DNA of 64,000 nucleotides, taken from assembly GCA_031370005.1 (NCBI GenBank), contig JANMPT010000077.1, forward strand, positions 64,001 to 128,000, written 5' to 3'. Made by a program: the position numbers and the translations under genes. The stretch is from Bdellovibrionales bacterium (lineage in GTDB: Bacteria; Bdellovibrionota; Bdellovibrionia; Bdellovibrionales; Bdellovibrionaceae). The notes beneath the pieces were generated by a model. That model made no database searches and had not been told where the DNA came from. It saw nothing but the letters and a program-made list of their open reading frames with translations. Positions 47,211 through 58,500 of the stretch are shown piece by piece. The first letter of the stretch is position 1. Each line of letters begins with the position of its first letter.

Positions 47211-48832
47211 TGCGTTTATTGCTCGGGATCATTTTCACACTCACACTTCCAGCCAGCGCCTCTGTCGCCTTGGCGGCGACTTACCGTCGCGAAGTCAGTT
47301 TTGAGTGGGAAGAAGTTCCTGGTGCAAAAACATATGACGTCGAAATTCGTTCAGCTAACAAAGAAGGCTCTAGCAAAGCCCTGACCTTTAAAACAAAAAA
47401 AGCTGTATGGACCGGAAAACTTGTTCCCGGAAAATATGTTATGTCGCTACGTTCAAGAGATGCCCGAGGTGTCCCGGGTGAATGGAGCCCCCCAAGTGAA
47501 TTCGACGTGCACTTGGACTCGGTCAAAGCAAAATACCCGGTGGCACAAGAACAAATCAAAGCCAATGATGAACAAAAGATTTTTCAAAAGTTTGAATGGG
47601 AGCCCGTTCATGGTGCCAATGAGTATCGCTTTGAGCTTTCATCAGAAGATGGAAAAACTCAAGTGGTTGAAAATATCAAAGGGCTCAGCTACGCCGTGAA
47701 AATTCCAGTAGCCCATGATTATACATGGAAGGTCACAGGCCTGGGGCCCAACTCCGTTCAAAGTGACTCCTCCCTGGCCGCAGGCTTTTCGGTGATTGGC
47801 AAGAAGATCAATGCGCCAAAAATAACAACGCCTGAAACTGAATTTGTTCGGGAAATAAAATGGTCAAGACCCGACAACGCGGAGAAATATAATCTTGCCC
47901 TGAATCGCCTTAATCCGCAGACTAAAAAATGGGAAAAAGTCCTCACTCAAGAAAATATCCAAAGCGATAGCTTCAACTTTGACTCAAATCACCCAGGTGG
48001 CACCTATAGTTTGCAGGTTAAAGCCACAGGACATATGCGTGATGATTCAGATTCCTCTAAAATTTATTTCAAAGTTATTAATGGCAATCGCTCACCAGCT
48101 GCTGAATATACGGCTCTAGTTAGAAAATCAATTGATCGCTTAACGGGCTGGTATGGCGTAGCCAGTTATTTGGTTACACAAATCAACTATCATGGCGAAA
48201 CTCCAGAGACTGGAGGCCTAACAACCACGACCGCTCTTGGTGGAACTGGCCGTGTGGGCGCTGGTTTTTTTAGTGCCAATAGCAAGTGGGGCCTCCTCGG
48301 TATAGTCGACATGAGTGGCTTCGTTATTTCTGGCAACAACTATACTTACTCCTCTGTCGAAGTTAGCGGAATTTCACGCCACATCATAGGAGACCTCGGG
48401 GAAGGCCGACTTATAGCTGGAATCTATTATAAAGAATTTCCACAGTTATTTGGTGTGCCAAGTCTGACAAATAGTGGCCAAGTCAGCTTCTTTCAATCCG
48501 CCGTTGTGGGCCCCCATGTAGGAGCCGAGTACTGGCATTCATTGTCTCCGAAGCTGGGTTTTCAAGCAAATGCCCATTTGTACTATAGCCTTTTGACGAT
48601 GAATTCTCCGAATGGAAATAACGTTGAGCCGCGCATATCCTATCAACTTGGACTTATGGGAAGTTATCGCTTCAACAATCGTTTAACAGGCCTAATGGGC
48701 CTCACACAACGTATGGATCAAATTGCCTATCGTGCAAATAAAACCGGAGCACCCATTGAGGGGTCGGGAAATTACGACGACAGCCGTATTACAGGACAAT
48801 ATTTAAGTTTTTACGCAGAATATGGATTTTAG
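47210..48832 (+). CDS. secreted FN3-repeat protein with C-terminal outer-membrane beta-barrel
   Basis: Signal peptide; FEW..V.GA..Y repeats; alternating beta strands ending in YAEYGF (Bam signal). Confidence 0.72.
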   Translation: MRLLLGIIFTLTLPASASVALAATYRREVSFEWEEVPGAKTYDVEIRSANKEGSSKALTFKTKKAVWTGKLVPGKYVMSLRSRDARGVPGEWSPPSEFDVHLDSVKAKYPVAQEQIKANDEQKIFQKFEWEPVHGANEYRFELSSEDGKTQVVENIKGLSYAVKIPVAHDYTWKVTGLGPNSVQSDSSLAAGFSVIGKKINAPKITTPETEFVREIKWSRPDNAEKYNLALNRLNPQTKKWEKVLTQENIQSDSFNFDSNHPGGTYSLQVKATGHMRDDSDSSKIYFKVINGNRSPAAEYTALVRKSIDRLTGWYGVASYLVTQINYHGETPETGGLTTTTALGGTGRVGAGFFSANSKWGLLGIVDMSGFVISGNNYTYSSVEVSGISRHIIGDLGEGRLIAGIYYKEFPQLFGVPSLTNSGQVSFFQSAVVGPHVGAEYWHSLSPKLGFQANAHLYYSLLTMNSPNGNNVEPRISYQLGLMGSYRFNNRLTGLMGLTQRMDQIAYRANKTGAPIEGSGNYDDSRITGQYLSFYAEYGF

Positions 48833-48835
48833 GAG

Positions 48836-50677
48836 ATGATGCAAATGAGAATACCGATTTCTACTAAACTAGTAATACTAACGGTCTTGGTTCTTCTTGC
48901 TGCGACAATACCAATCGCACTTCGAACTTCACAAATCTTTGCGAAGAGCTCGCTTCAAAGAGAGGAATATAGCAATCAAGCATTCGCGGCCTCCCGGGCG
49001 ACCGAGGTCGAGAATATTCTTTCATCCATCGTCGATAAATCTAAAACTTCCGCTTCGATTCTTTATAAAAGCGTCACGAATCCATCGATCATTTCTAATG
49101 ATGAGTTCGAAATGAACTTTTTAAAAGACAAACGTTTTATTTCGATGGAAATTTTAAAACTTCAAGGGACGACAGTGCAGCTTCTAACTCGTCGAACGAA
49201 AGACGACTTTTTAAAAACAACATTTCATGTGGGGCCGGATTATATGAGTCGAGTGAGGGATCAACAAAAGTTCCCGATCCGCTCGGTGGCCCAGGGTTCC
49301 GTGGAAATTCGCAATGCCTCTTTTACAAAAGGCCCCGCAATGTTTACCATTGGGCTTCCGCTAGTAAAAGATCAACAGGGACGCATCACTCACGTGGCAC
49401 TTGTTGACGTTGATCTTTCAGTTTTGCAAAAACCTTTTAATGCAAAATCAGAAAGAACTTTCTATTTGATTGATCGCAACGGCGAGCTAATAGCCCATCA
49501 AGACGAACAAAAAGCCATTGCAAGATTGAATATGTCTTTTTATCCGCTAGTGAAAAAATCTATCAGCGAAGAGACTCCTCGTCGTCAAATGCGTTTTCAA
49601 GATCCAGACAACGGATCTTATTTGATTGGTGCTTATAATAAAACCTCTTTTGGCGTCACCGTGATATCACAAATTCCTGAAGAACTGGTTCTTGAGCCCG
49701 CACAGGATGCAAAACGACAAGCCTTCTTCATCACCGGCCTAGTTTTATCAGGTGCACTCTTCTTTATCTTCTTGTTCTCGATGACACTCACCTCTCCGAT
49801 TGAAAAACTCGCCGGCCTTATCGAAATGGTCTCTAAAGGAAACTTCAATGTGAAGGCAACCTCACTAGTTAAATCCCACGACGAAGTGGGCGACTTGGCT
49901 ATCGCCTTTGACCATATGACTGATGGCTTAAAAGAACGGGATAAGGTGAAAAATTTATTTAGCAAATTCCATGGATCATCGGTAGCAGAGGATTTGATCA
50001 ATAAAGATATCGGCGTAGGGGGACAATCTAAAGAAGTCGTGGTGTTCTTTAGCGATATTCGTGGTTTTACTGCGTTCTCTGAAAACCGCAGTCCTGAACA
50101 AGTCGTCGCTATGCTCAATGAATACTTTGCCGTAATGGTGGGAATCATCAATCGCCACGGAGGCGTCGTGGATAAATTTATTGGGGACGCCATCATGGCA
50201 ATCTGGGGTGCTCCAAAAAGCTCTGCAGACGATCCTCGCATGGCACTTCGTGCATGTATTGAAATGCGCAAGGGCCTTGCTGAGCTTAATGAAAAACGAA
50301 TCCTGCGCAACGAACCACCTCTCATGATAGGCATGGGTTTGCATGCTGGAACTGCAATTTCTGGAACCATCGGGTCCGATGAACGTATGGAGTACACGGT
50401 GATCGGAAATACAGTAAATACAGCGTCGCGCATAGAGGCCTCAACGAAAGCTTTCGGAGCTGATTTATTGGTCACTGATGACGTCATCTCGAAAGTCGGC
50501 GAAAGCTTTATTTTAGATTATGCTGGCGCAGCTGAGGTGAAAGGCCGCTCAGAGGCCATCAAGATGTACAAAGTTCGCGGTTATGTGGAAAATGGCGAAC
50601 GCATTGAGGTTAAAACTCCTTATTCAGATTATGAAGCTGAGAGTGCTGATAAGGTAAAAATCAAGGGCGCTGCCTGA
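48836..50677 (+). CDS. class III adenylate cyclase with Cache and HAMP domains
   Basis: FSDIRGFT, VDKFIGDAIM (Lys specifying ATP), EYTVIGNTVNTASRIE, VKGR; two TMs; HDEVG HAMP. Confidence 0.93.
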   Translation: MMQMRIPISTKLVILTVLVLLAATIPIALRTSQIFAKSSLQREEYSNQAFAASRATEVENILSSIVDKSKTSASILYKSVTNPSIISNDEFEMNFLKDKRFISMEILKLQGTTVQLLTRRTKDDFLKTTFHVGPDYMSRVRDQQKFPIRSVAQGSVEIRNASFTKGPAMFTIGLPLVKDQQGRITHVALVDVDLSVLQKPFNAKSERTFYLIDRNGELIAHQDEQKAIARLNMSFYPLVKKSISEETPRRQMRFQDPDNGSYLIGAYNKTSFGVTVISQIPEELVLEPAQDAKRQAFFITGLVLSGALFFIFLFSMTLTSPIEKLAGLIEMVSKGNFNVKATSLVKSHDEVGDLAIAFDHMTDGLKERDKVKNLFSKFHGSSVAEDLINKDIGVGGQSKEVVVFFSDIRGFTAFSENRSPEQVVAMLNEYFAVMVGIINRHGGVVDKFIGDAIMAIWGAPKSSADDPRMALRACIEMRKGLAELNEKRILRNEPPLMIGMGLHAGTAISGTIGSDERMEYTVIGNTVNTASRIEASTKAFGADLLVTDDVISKVGESFILDYAGAAEVKGRSEAIKMYKVRGYVENGERIEVKTPYSDYEAESADKVKIKGAA

Positions 50678-50891
50678 TCCTCTGCTTGAGGGGCGTACCT
50701 TTCAGCTCATACCGGCGGCCGCAGTCAGAAGCACTGACGTAGATATGGGCAGAAATTTTTCGTTTACATGAAACATCTTTTGTTCTTTTTTGTTTTTTAA
50801 GTGACAAGTTTGAAATAGTATCACGACTAGGTAACCTAAAGGTAATATCACATTGCTGGACTTCGCTTTGTTTTGATGGTAGTTGATGGCC

Positions 50892-51314
50892 ATGAAAAAG
50901 TTTTCAGAAAATTCACCTCCCACTCAATTGCTCAAACCTAAAAATACTGTTTTGCAACAACAAGCAATCCTCGTTATTGACGATAGCCCCGATACACTCC
51001 TTCTCCAAAGAATTATGCTTGAGTCAGAAGGCTTTAAAGTATTCACAGCACAAAGCGGCACGGAAGGACTTGCACTTCTTTCTAAAATTAAGCAACCAAA
51101 TTTAATTCTTCTTGATATGCAGATGGGGGATATGACTGGGATTGATTTTTTAAACATTCTCGAAAAAACAAGACCTGAAATCATTGAAATAGTTCCCGTC
51201 GTTTTTCTGACTGGAATGGATGAGGTTCCCAAAAGCAACGCAGTGGGATTCATCCGTAAGCCAGCAGACATGGATAAGTTTCTTTCAGCAGTACATGGCT
51301 TTATCGCTCAATAA
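50892..51314 (+). CDS. single-domain response regulator
   Basis: IDDSP, LLDMQM, LTG, KP. Confidence 0.88.
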   Translation: MKKFSENSPPTQLLKPKNTVLQQQAILVIDDSPDTLLLQRIMLESEGFKVFTAQSGTEGLALLSKIKQPNLILLDMQMGDMTGIDFLNILEKTRPEIIEIVPVVFLTGMDEVPKSNAVGFIRKPADMDKFLSAVHGFIAQ

Positions 51315-51371
51315 ACGTCATTAAACACGTTCCTGGTCGCACTCGCGTCCACAGAGCCAGAAGGTATTGCA

Positions 51372-54300
51372 ATGAAATCTATTAGCAAAGTTCGCCGTAG
51401 CAATAGCTTTCCAATAGTAGGCATTGGCGCTTCCGCTGGTGGACTGGAAGCCTTTATAGAGCTTCTCACAAAAATACCAACTGATACAGGCATGGCCTTT
51501 GTTCTAATACAGCATTTAGATCCCAAACATCCCAGTTTGGCCGCCGAAATTATTTCTCGAGCTATAGCTTTGAAAACTGAAGAGGTTAAGGACGGAACAC
51601 AGGTTCAACCCAATCATGTCTATGTTATTCCTCCAAACTATATAATGGGAATTCTTGACGGCGTTTTAAGTCTATCAGCACGCAGCGAAGCTCCCGGCCA
51701 AATGGTCATTGATTTTTTCTTACAGTCACTGGCCCAATCTGAAAAAAATAAAGCCATTGGCGTCGTCCTTTCGGGAACTGGTACAGACGGAACAAAGGGC
51801 CTAACGGCAATTAAAGCTCAGGGTGGGGCCACCTTCGTTGAGGATCCAAAATCGGCAAAATATGGAGGAATGCCTCAAAGCGCTATTGACTCTAAGGCCG
51901 CAAACTTAATTTTACGACCAGAAGACATCGCTAAAGAACTTGTCATAATGGCAACTTATCCTGAACCGGCCCTTCGAAAAATATTTAATTTACTACGAAC
52001 TAAAACAAAAATCGATTTTTCGGACTACAAAGACGCCACCATCAAGCGTCGTATCCAACGACGAATGGCAGTGCTACAAACCAAAAGCACAGAAAACTAT
52101 GCTGAATACCTGCAGACTCATAAAGAAGAGGTCCTTGCTCTTTACAATGACCTACTTATAAATGTAACCGATTTTTTTCGTGATCCAGAATCCTTTAAGG
52201 CACTCAGAAGCCATGTCTTTCCGTCGATGATAAAAAACAGACCTACGGGAATGCCCATTCGCATATGGGTACCTGGGTGCTCAACGGGCGAAGAGGCATA
52301 TTCAATTGCAATCTCCCTAATTGAGTTTTTGTCCGAAACCGGGAAACAATATCCAATTCAGATTTTTGCAACCGATATTAGTGAGCCCGCTATCCAAAAA
52401 GCCCGTATAGGTCAATATTCCGAAAAGCAAATTAAAAATCTATCCGAGGAGCGTCTTAAGTATTTTTTTGATAAAGTCGAACGAGGTTATAAAATCCACA
52501 AAATGGTCCGCGACCTCTGTGTGTTTTCAAAACATGATGTAAGCAATGACCCACCATTTGCGAGACTAGATCTTATTTCCTGCCGCAATGTTCTGATATA
52601 TTTTAAGGCGGTCATGCAAAAAAGAATTCTTCAAGCCTTTCACTACGCCCTAAATCCTGAAGGCTATATATGGCTTGGTAAATCTGAAAATCCAGGGGAG
52701 TCTTCAAAACTATTTAATTTCTTAGACAAGGAAAATAAGATCTATTCTAGATCGAACGTACAAAATCCAATTAACTTCAACGTTCCAATCAGACACTCAC
52801 AAGAATCTCCAGAAGTGCCAAAAAAAGAACAAGTCTTCACTAAGCATGCTGTCGACTTTCAGAAAGATGCCGACAAACTTCTTCTGTCCAAATTTGCCCC
52901 CCCGGGTGTCATCATTAATGAGGATCTAGAAATTTTGCAGTTTCGTGGTCGGACCGTTCCATTTCTTGAGCCCCCCACTGGACAACCAAGCCTTAAGCTA
53001 CTAAAAATGGTCCGTCCCGAATTATTGACAAGTCTTCACGAAGTAATCCAATCCGTTAAAAATGAAAACATGCCGGCTATCAAACATGGACTGCGCTTTG
53101 AAGCCGACGGCAAGCTTATCACCGTGGACATCGAAGTGCTCCCTATCAGTCCGCTAACCACAGTTAAAAATCGCACTTTTTTAATTTTATTTAAAGACAC
53201 AACAAATAAAGAAAAACAACGTGGAAACAAAAAAAATAAAACCAAAAAAACTGTGTCAGCTCGGGACATGGACCACCGCGCCGAGCGGATTCGTGAACTC
53301 GAAAAAGAACTTTTGGAAATCAAAAATTATCAGCAATCCATTGTAGAGCAATATGAAACCGCTCAGGAAGAGCTCACCTCGACTACTGAGGAATTGCAAA
53401 GCACTAATGAGGAGCTCCTCAGCACCAATGAAGAGATTGAGACGACTAAGGAAGAGCTTCAAGCCACTAATGAGGAGCTTGTAACAGTCAACGATGAATT
53501 ACAGGCACGGAATACTGATCTTACTGTTCTTAGCGGCGATCTGAGTAATATATTGTCCAGTATAGAAATGCCAATCTTGATATTGGGGGGCAACCATCGT
53601 GTTCGTCGGTATTCGCCTGAAACTAAAAATGCATTCAACCTAATTCCCGCAGACATTGGCCGTTCAATCAGTGATATCAAACCAGATTTCAATTTGGATT
53701 TAGACAATTTAATGTCAGAGGTTGTCGCGAAGTTGAGTCCAAAAGAAATAGAGGTTCAAGATACCAATGGAGTTTGGTCCCGAGTCCAAATTCGGCCTTA
53801 TCGAACAGTTGATAATAAAATTGATGGCACAATTATTACATTGACTAACATCGATGCGCTTAAGCAAAAGGAAATAAGAACAACTGAAACTCTTGACTAC
53901 ATCACCTCAGTCGCCGAGACCGTGCCCCTTCCCCTTGCCGTCGTAAACCATTTATTGCAATTCCAGTCCGCCAATGACTCTTTTTACAAATATTTTCAGG
54001 TATCCGACAAACCAATTGGCAAAGATATTCTTACAATTCTAGAAGTGTGCGAACCCTATTTACAAAGTTTGCGTGAATCGCTTCCGGAAACCATGAAAGA
54101 AAATAAACCATTTACTGATTTTGAAATAGAATGTGAGGTCCCACAGCTTGGCACTCGTAAAATTCTTCTCTCCGGGGGAAAAATTCGCTGGATAGGGGCT
54201 GAGAGAGCGGCTTTCCTTTTCAGTTTTGTGGATGTCACGGAGCAAAGGCAGCTCGAAGTGGAGCGGAAGCTCTTACTTAAAAAAGAGCAAGAAGCACGCC

Positions 54301-55478
54301 ATGAAGCAGAAAATGCGAATCGAACGAAAGATATATTTCTAGCAACACTTTCACACGAACTCAGAACCCCACTTTCCTCAATCCTTACCTGGGCGCAACT
54401 CATTTCCCATGGAAAAGTCGACTTTGAAAAAGCCAAGCAAGGAGCAGCCGTCATTGAGCACAGTGCAAAAACTCAAAGTCAGCTCATTGATGACCTTCTT
54501 GATATTTCCCGAATCACTGCTGGTAAGCTCTCCCTAGATATAAAGCCAGTGGATCCTAGAGCAATCATTCATTTAGCAATTGAGTCTGTTCGTCCAATAG
54601 CTGAAAAAAGATCCATTCAGATTGAGTCCAATCTTTGCTCTGAAACAATGATAATCAATGCAGATCCGGTGCGATTACAACAAATCATTTGGAACCTGCT
54701 CACCAATGCCATCAAGTTTTCTCCAAAAGAGAGCAGCATCAACATACAGCTCAGATATATTGAAGAACACGCTCAGCGTTTTGCGCAGATAAAAGTATCT
54801 GACCGTGGAAAAGGCATTCCTCCGGAGTTTCTTCCGCAAATATTTAATCAATTTAGCCAGGCTGATAGCGCATCAACTCGATTGCATGGAGGTCTCGGCC
54901 TTGGACTTTCCATTGTGCACAATCTCGTGCAGCTCCAAAATGGACGTGTCAGTGCAGAAAATGCCCTTGAGGGAACAGGGGCAATCTTCACTGTAAGCTT
55001 CCCGGTTTCTTCATTGCCCAAAGCTGCAATTATTCATACTGAGATTGAGAGCAAGAATGCAAACTTTGAAAATACATACAACAAAACAATAAGCCCACCG
55101 AAGCTCGACGACTTACGCATCCTCCTTGTTGATGATGATGAAGGCACACGCGAAGCTATTACTATTTATCTTAAGTCCTTAGGTGCTGAAGTTATGACTG
55201 TCGCCTCAGCCCGGGAAGCTTTTGAAAAAATCTCAGGCTTTAAACCAAATATTTTAGTCAGTGACATCGCCATGCCCGGTGAGGATGGCTATAGCTTAAT
55301 AAAAAAAATCAGAACCTTAAGCCGTGACCAAGGAGGAGATACCCCCGCCTTGGCCCTCACCGCCTATGCAACTGCCGAAGATGCCAAACGTGCACTCAAT
55401 GCGGGCTTTCAAGCACATATGGCCAAACCAGTTGAGGCAAATGAACTGGGCAGAATCATCTTAAAATTTTCTAAATGA
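51372..55478 (+). CDS. CheB-CheR-PAS-histidine kinase-receiver fusion
   Basis: GASAGG/QH/SGTGTDG CheB triad; NVTDFFRD, CSTGEE, CRNVLIY CheR; EELQSTNEEL coiled coil; SHELRTP; C-terminal REC. Confidence 0.93.
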   Translation: MKSISKVRRSNSFPIVGIGASAGGLEAFIELLTKIPTDTGMAFVLIQHLDPKHPSLAAEIISRAIALKTEEVKDGTQVQPNHVYVIPPNYIMGILDGVLSLSARSEAPGQMVIDFFLQSLAQSEKNKAIGVVLSGTGTDGTKGLTAIKAQGGATFVEDPKSAKYGGMPQSAIDSKAANLILRPEDIAKELVIMATYPEPALRKIFNLLRTKTKIDFSDYKDATIKRRIQRRMAVLQTKSTENYAEYLQTHKEEVLALYNDLLINVTDFFRDPESFKALRSHVFPSMIKNRPTGMPIRIWVPGCSTGEEAYSIAISLIEFLSETGKQYPIQIFATDISEPAIQKARIGQYSEKQIKNLSEERLKYFFDKVERGYKIHKMVRDLCVFSKHDVSNDPPFARLDLISCRNVLIYFKAVMQKRILQAFHYALNPEGYIWLGKSENPGESSKLFNFLDKENKIYSRSNVQNPINFNVPIRHSQESPEVPKKEQVFTKHAVDFQKDADKLLLSKFAPPGVIINEDLEILQFRGRTVPFLEPPTGQPSLKLLKMVRPELLTSLHEVIQSVKNENMPAIKHGLRFEADGKLITVDIEVLPISPLTTVKNRTFLILFKDTTNKEKQRGNKKNKTKKTVSARDMDHRAERIRELEKELLEIKNYQQSIVEQYETAQEELTSTTEELQSTNEELLSTNEEIETTKEELQATNEELVTVNDELQARNTDLTVLSGDLSNILSSIEMPILILGGNHRVRRYSPETKNAFNLIPADIGRSISDIKPDFNLDLDNLMSEVVAKLSPKEIEVQDTNGVWSRVQIRPYRTVDNKIDGTIITLTNIDALKQKEIRTTETLDYITSVAETVPLPLAVVNHLLQFQSANDSFYKYFQVSDKPIGKDILTILEVCEPYLQSLRESLPETMKENKPFTDFEIECEVPQLGTRKILLSGGKIRWIGAERAAFLFSFVDVTEQRQLEVERKLLLKKEQEARHEAENANRTKDIFLATLSHELRTPLSSILTWAQLISHGKVDFEKAKQGAAVIEHSAKTQSQLIDDLLDISRITAGKLSLDIKPVDPRAIIHLAIESVRPIAEKRSIQIESNLCSETMIINADPVRLQQIIWNLLTNAIKFSPKESSINIQLRYIEEHAQRFAQIKVSDRGKGIPPEFLPQIFNQFSQADSASTRLHGGLGLGLSIVHNLVQLQNGRVSAENALEGTGAIFTVSFPVSSLPKAAIIHTEIESKNANFENTYNKTISPPKLDDLRILLVDDDEGTREAITIYLKSLGAEVMTVASAREAFEKISGFKPNILVSDIAMPGEDGYSLIKKIRTLSRDQGGDTPALALTAYATAEDAKRALNAGFQAHMAKPVEANELGRIILKFSK

Positions 55479-55577
55479 ACAAGAAAAAAAGTTAAATCAC
55501 CACCGTGAGATACTCGTGCTTCTTGCAAGTCTTGCAAAATCAACATTGATGTGATACTGCATACACTGTTTTTTTGA

Positions 55578-58500
55578 ATGAGGGGGAAGATGAGTCGACT
55601 CAACTTTGGTATTCTAAAGACCGTTCTAAAGTACCCTAAGGAAGTTTTTACATACACACTTTCTATCTTTTTCACTGCGGGCTGCACGGTCTCAGCTCCC
55701 TCTCATAACGAATTCTCGAAATTTGGCTTTATGGAGGGGATCTACGCCACTCGGCCACAAACCACCAATCCCTTGATCACTACTCTTAAGTTAAAAAATC
55801 CGGCTTTGCTTGAAACCGCAGAAAGACAAAATGGAGTTCTCTCTATCGATAAAGAGCTCGCCCAAGCTATTCAAAATGAGCAAATGGCAACTATCATTGA
55901 ATTGCAAAAAATTTCTCCGGAAATCAAAGTGCTTATACGTTTTAGATTAGTGCTTAACGCCCTAACAATCTTGGCACCTGCGGAGGCAATGGATAAAATC
56001 AAAACACTTACGAATGTTATTGCATCAGAAAAATCCGGGAACTTCGCTAGCCCTCAGCCGCTCTTCTCTGCTGAAGGACAAGCAGCTGTTGTTAAAACCA
56101 ATTTTGCAGCAAATACCTCTGTAAAGTTTATCGGCACTGAGGCTGCATATGCACAAAATATTCATGGCGAGGGCATGAGAGTCGGCATCATCGACACTGG
56201 GATTGATTATACACATAAAATATTTTTAGGTGAAGGTACGAAGCTTGCCTACCAAAACAATAAGCCTGCCCTGCCGAATGCAGGCTTCCCCAACCAGAAA
56301 GTCGTCGGCGGCATTGATCTTGTTGGAACAGAATATGACACGAACTCACCGAACTTTGCCAAGCACATCCCCGTTCCTGATTTAAACCCGCTTGATGAGG
56401 CCGGACACGGTACTCATGTTGCTGGCACTGTGGCCGGTATTGGCGATAATATAAACACATATAGTGGCGTAGCTCCTGGTGCTGAACTCTATGCAATTAA
56501 AGTTTTCGGAGCTAGAGGCTCTACCAGTGATGAGGTTGTAATCGCTGCCCTTGAATATGCCGCTGACCCTAGCGCAGACCTGAGCTTTAAAGAGCAATTG
56601 GATGTTGTGAACCTTTCTTTGGGAAGCGGTTATGGCAGCTCTCACACAATGTATAACCAGGCCGTGAGAAACTTATCTCGCAGTGGCACCGTCGTAGTGG
56701 CTTCTGCCGGCAACTCTGGCAATAAAAGTTATATCACGGGAGCCCCCGCAGTGATAGATGAGGCCATCTCCGTGGCTTCTAGCATTGATAACATGAATCA
56801 AAATATCCTTTTCGCAACGGCGCAGTTTAGCTTTGTAAACAGTGTGGACAGTGCGAATGAGGTTTTGAACGCCGAAATAGTTGAGGGACTTGTTACAAAG
56901 CCATTAATAGAAGTCACCACGCTGAAGGCTAAAGTCATCGCTCTTGGCTTTGCTGACACTGACTTTGAGCAAGCCCTCAAAGATCAAATCAAAGGCAATG
57001 TGGCTTTGATTGATCGGGGCATAGTGGGTTTCTCAGATAAGATTAAAAGAGCCCAAGAAGCCGGAGCAATCGGCGTCATAGTTATCAACAATGTAGATGG
57101 TGACCCCATCGCCATGGGCGGAGAAGGTAAATTCGATATCCCAGCAGTCATGATCACTCAGTCGGCCGGGGCCACACTTAAAATCAAATTAGCGGCAGGC
57201 CTCGTCTTCGTTGATATGAAATCCGCTGCTATGATGGAAAAGCCATGGTTGATCGACACGATCTCCGAGTTCTCCTCCCGGGGCCCCCGTTCTGAAGATG
57301 GCATGATCAAGCCTGAAATCACTGCTCCAGGCTCTAATATTATTTCAGCGGCATTTGGCAGCGGCGAGAAAAGCATTTCAATGTCTGGTACTTCGATGTC
57401 CAGTCCGCACATTGCTGGAGCGATGGCCCTTTTAAAACAAAAACACAGGGAGCTCTCGACCCAAGAGTTGAAATCCCTCCTTATGGGTCATGGCAAAGTG
57501 ATTTCTGATACAGATAGGAAAGCATACTCAGTCAGCCGCCAAGGAGCTGGGCGTGTACAAATTGCGAGTTCTATCGATGCTAAACTCGTCAGCCTTCCGG
57601 CAAGTCTTTCCTTTGGAATCGTGGATATAGAAAATCAAAAAACTATCAGTAAAGATATCACTTTGAAAAACATCAGCAAAGAAAGCCTCTCTCTAAAACC
57701 AGAGTGGAATGGCACTGCGGAATTGATATTTTCTGCAAATAGCCTAACTTTAGCTCCAGGCGAATCAAAAACTATTTCAGTGACCATGAAAGTCCTTGCC
57801 TCCGAAATAAAAAGTACCAATGACGAATTGGATGGCTTTGTAAAGTTCAATATAGATGACGAAAATGCAGACAATGAAGCTGCGATACAAATTCCGGTGC
57901 TAATCATTGCCCGCCAGATATCTCAAATTAGCGCAAAGTCCTTACTCATACATACAAATAACATGGCTGAGATCACAATCCAAAATACAGGGCTCAACAA
58001 AGGTGCAGCTTACCTGTTTAATCTATTGGGCAATGATGCTGCCAAAAAACCAAGTCTGCCAGATGCACTGGCAAGCAATCGTAATTGCGATATGCAATCT
58101 GCTGGCTATCGTATTATTGAAAAAGACGGCAGTCATATCTTACAAGTGGCTGTAAAACTCTATGAGCCCATGACCACTTGGAACACCTGTGAAGTGAATG
58201 TTCAAATCGATAACAACAACGATCATCAAGTTGATCAAGAAATTGTCGGCGCACCAATGTCACGTCTTCCAGGATTAGCTGGGGATACTTTCGTAAGCTT
58301 GCTTTTAAACGCCAATAAGGCACGCGAAATACGCCGCCAGTTTGAAGTTGATATTACCGGTAAGGCGAAAGATGTTAAAGAGGACTATACGAAGGCGATA
58401 CTTGATCAAAGAACAATGCAAGTTGTTGACGGGTCCACTTTAGCAATCATTGAAGCGAATATTTCCCAGCTGACCATGACAAGTACGAACGAGTTGAATA

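Noticed and set aside
49633..50487. 284-aa antisense ORF inside the adenylate cyclase (also the shorter antisense ORFs in recJ, secD, the RND pump and the kinases)
   Set aside because: In-register shadow frames of conserved genes; Ser/Ile/Pro-rich translations with no motifs or SD
53380..53500. 21-bp periodic ACTAATGAGGAGCT-like repeats
   Set aside because: Coding heptad repeats of the CheB/CheR coiled coil
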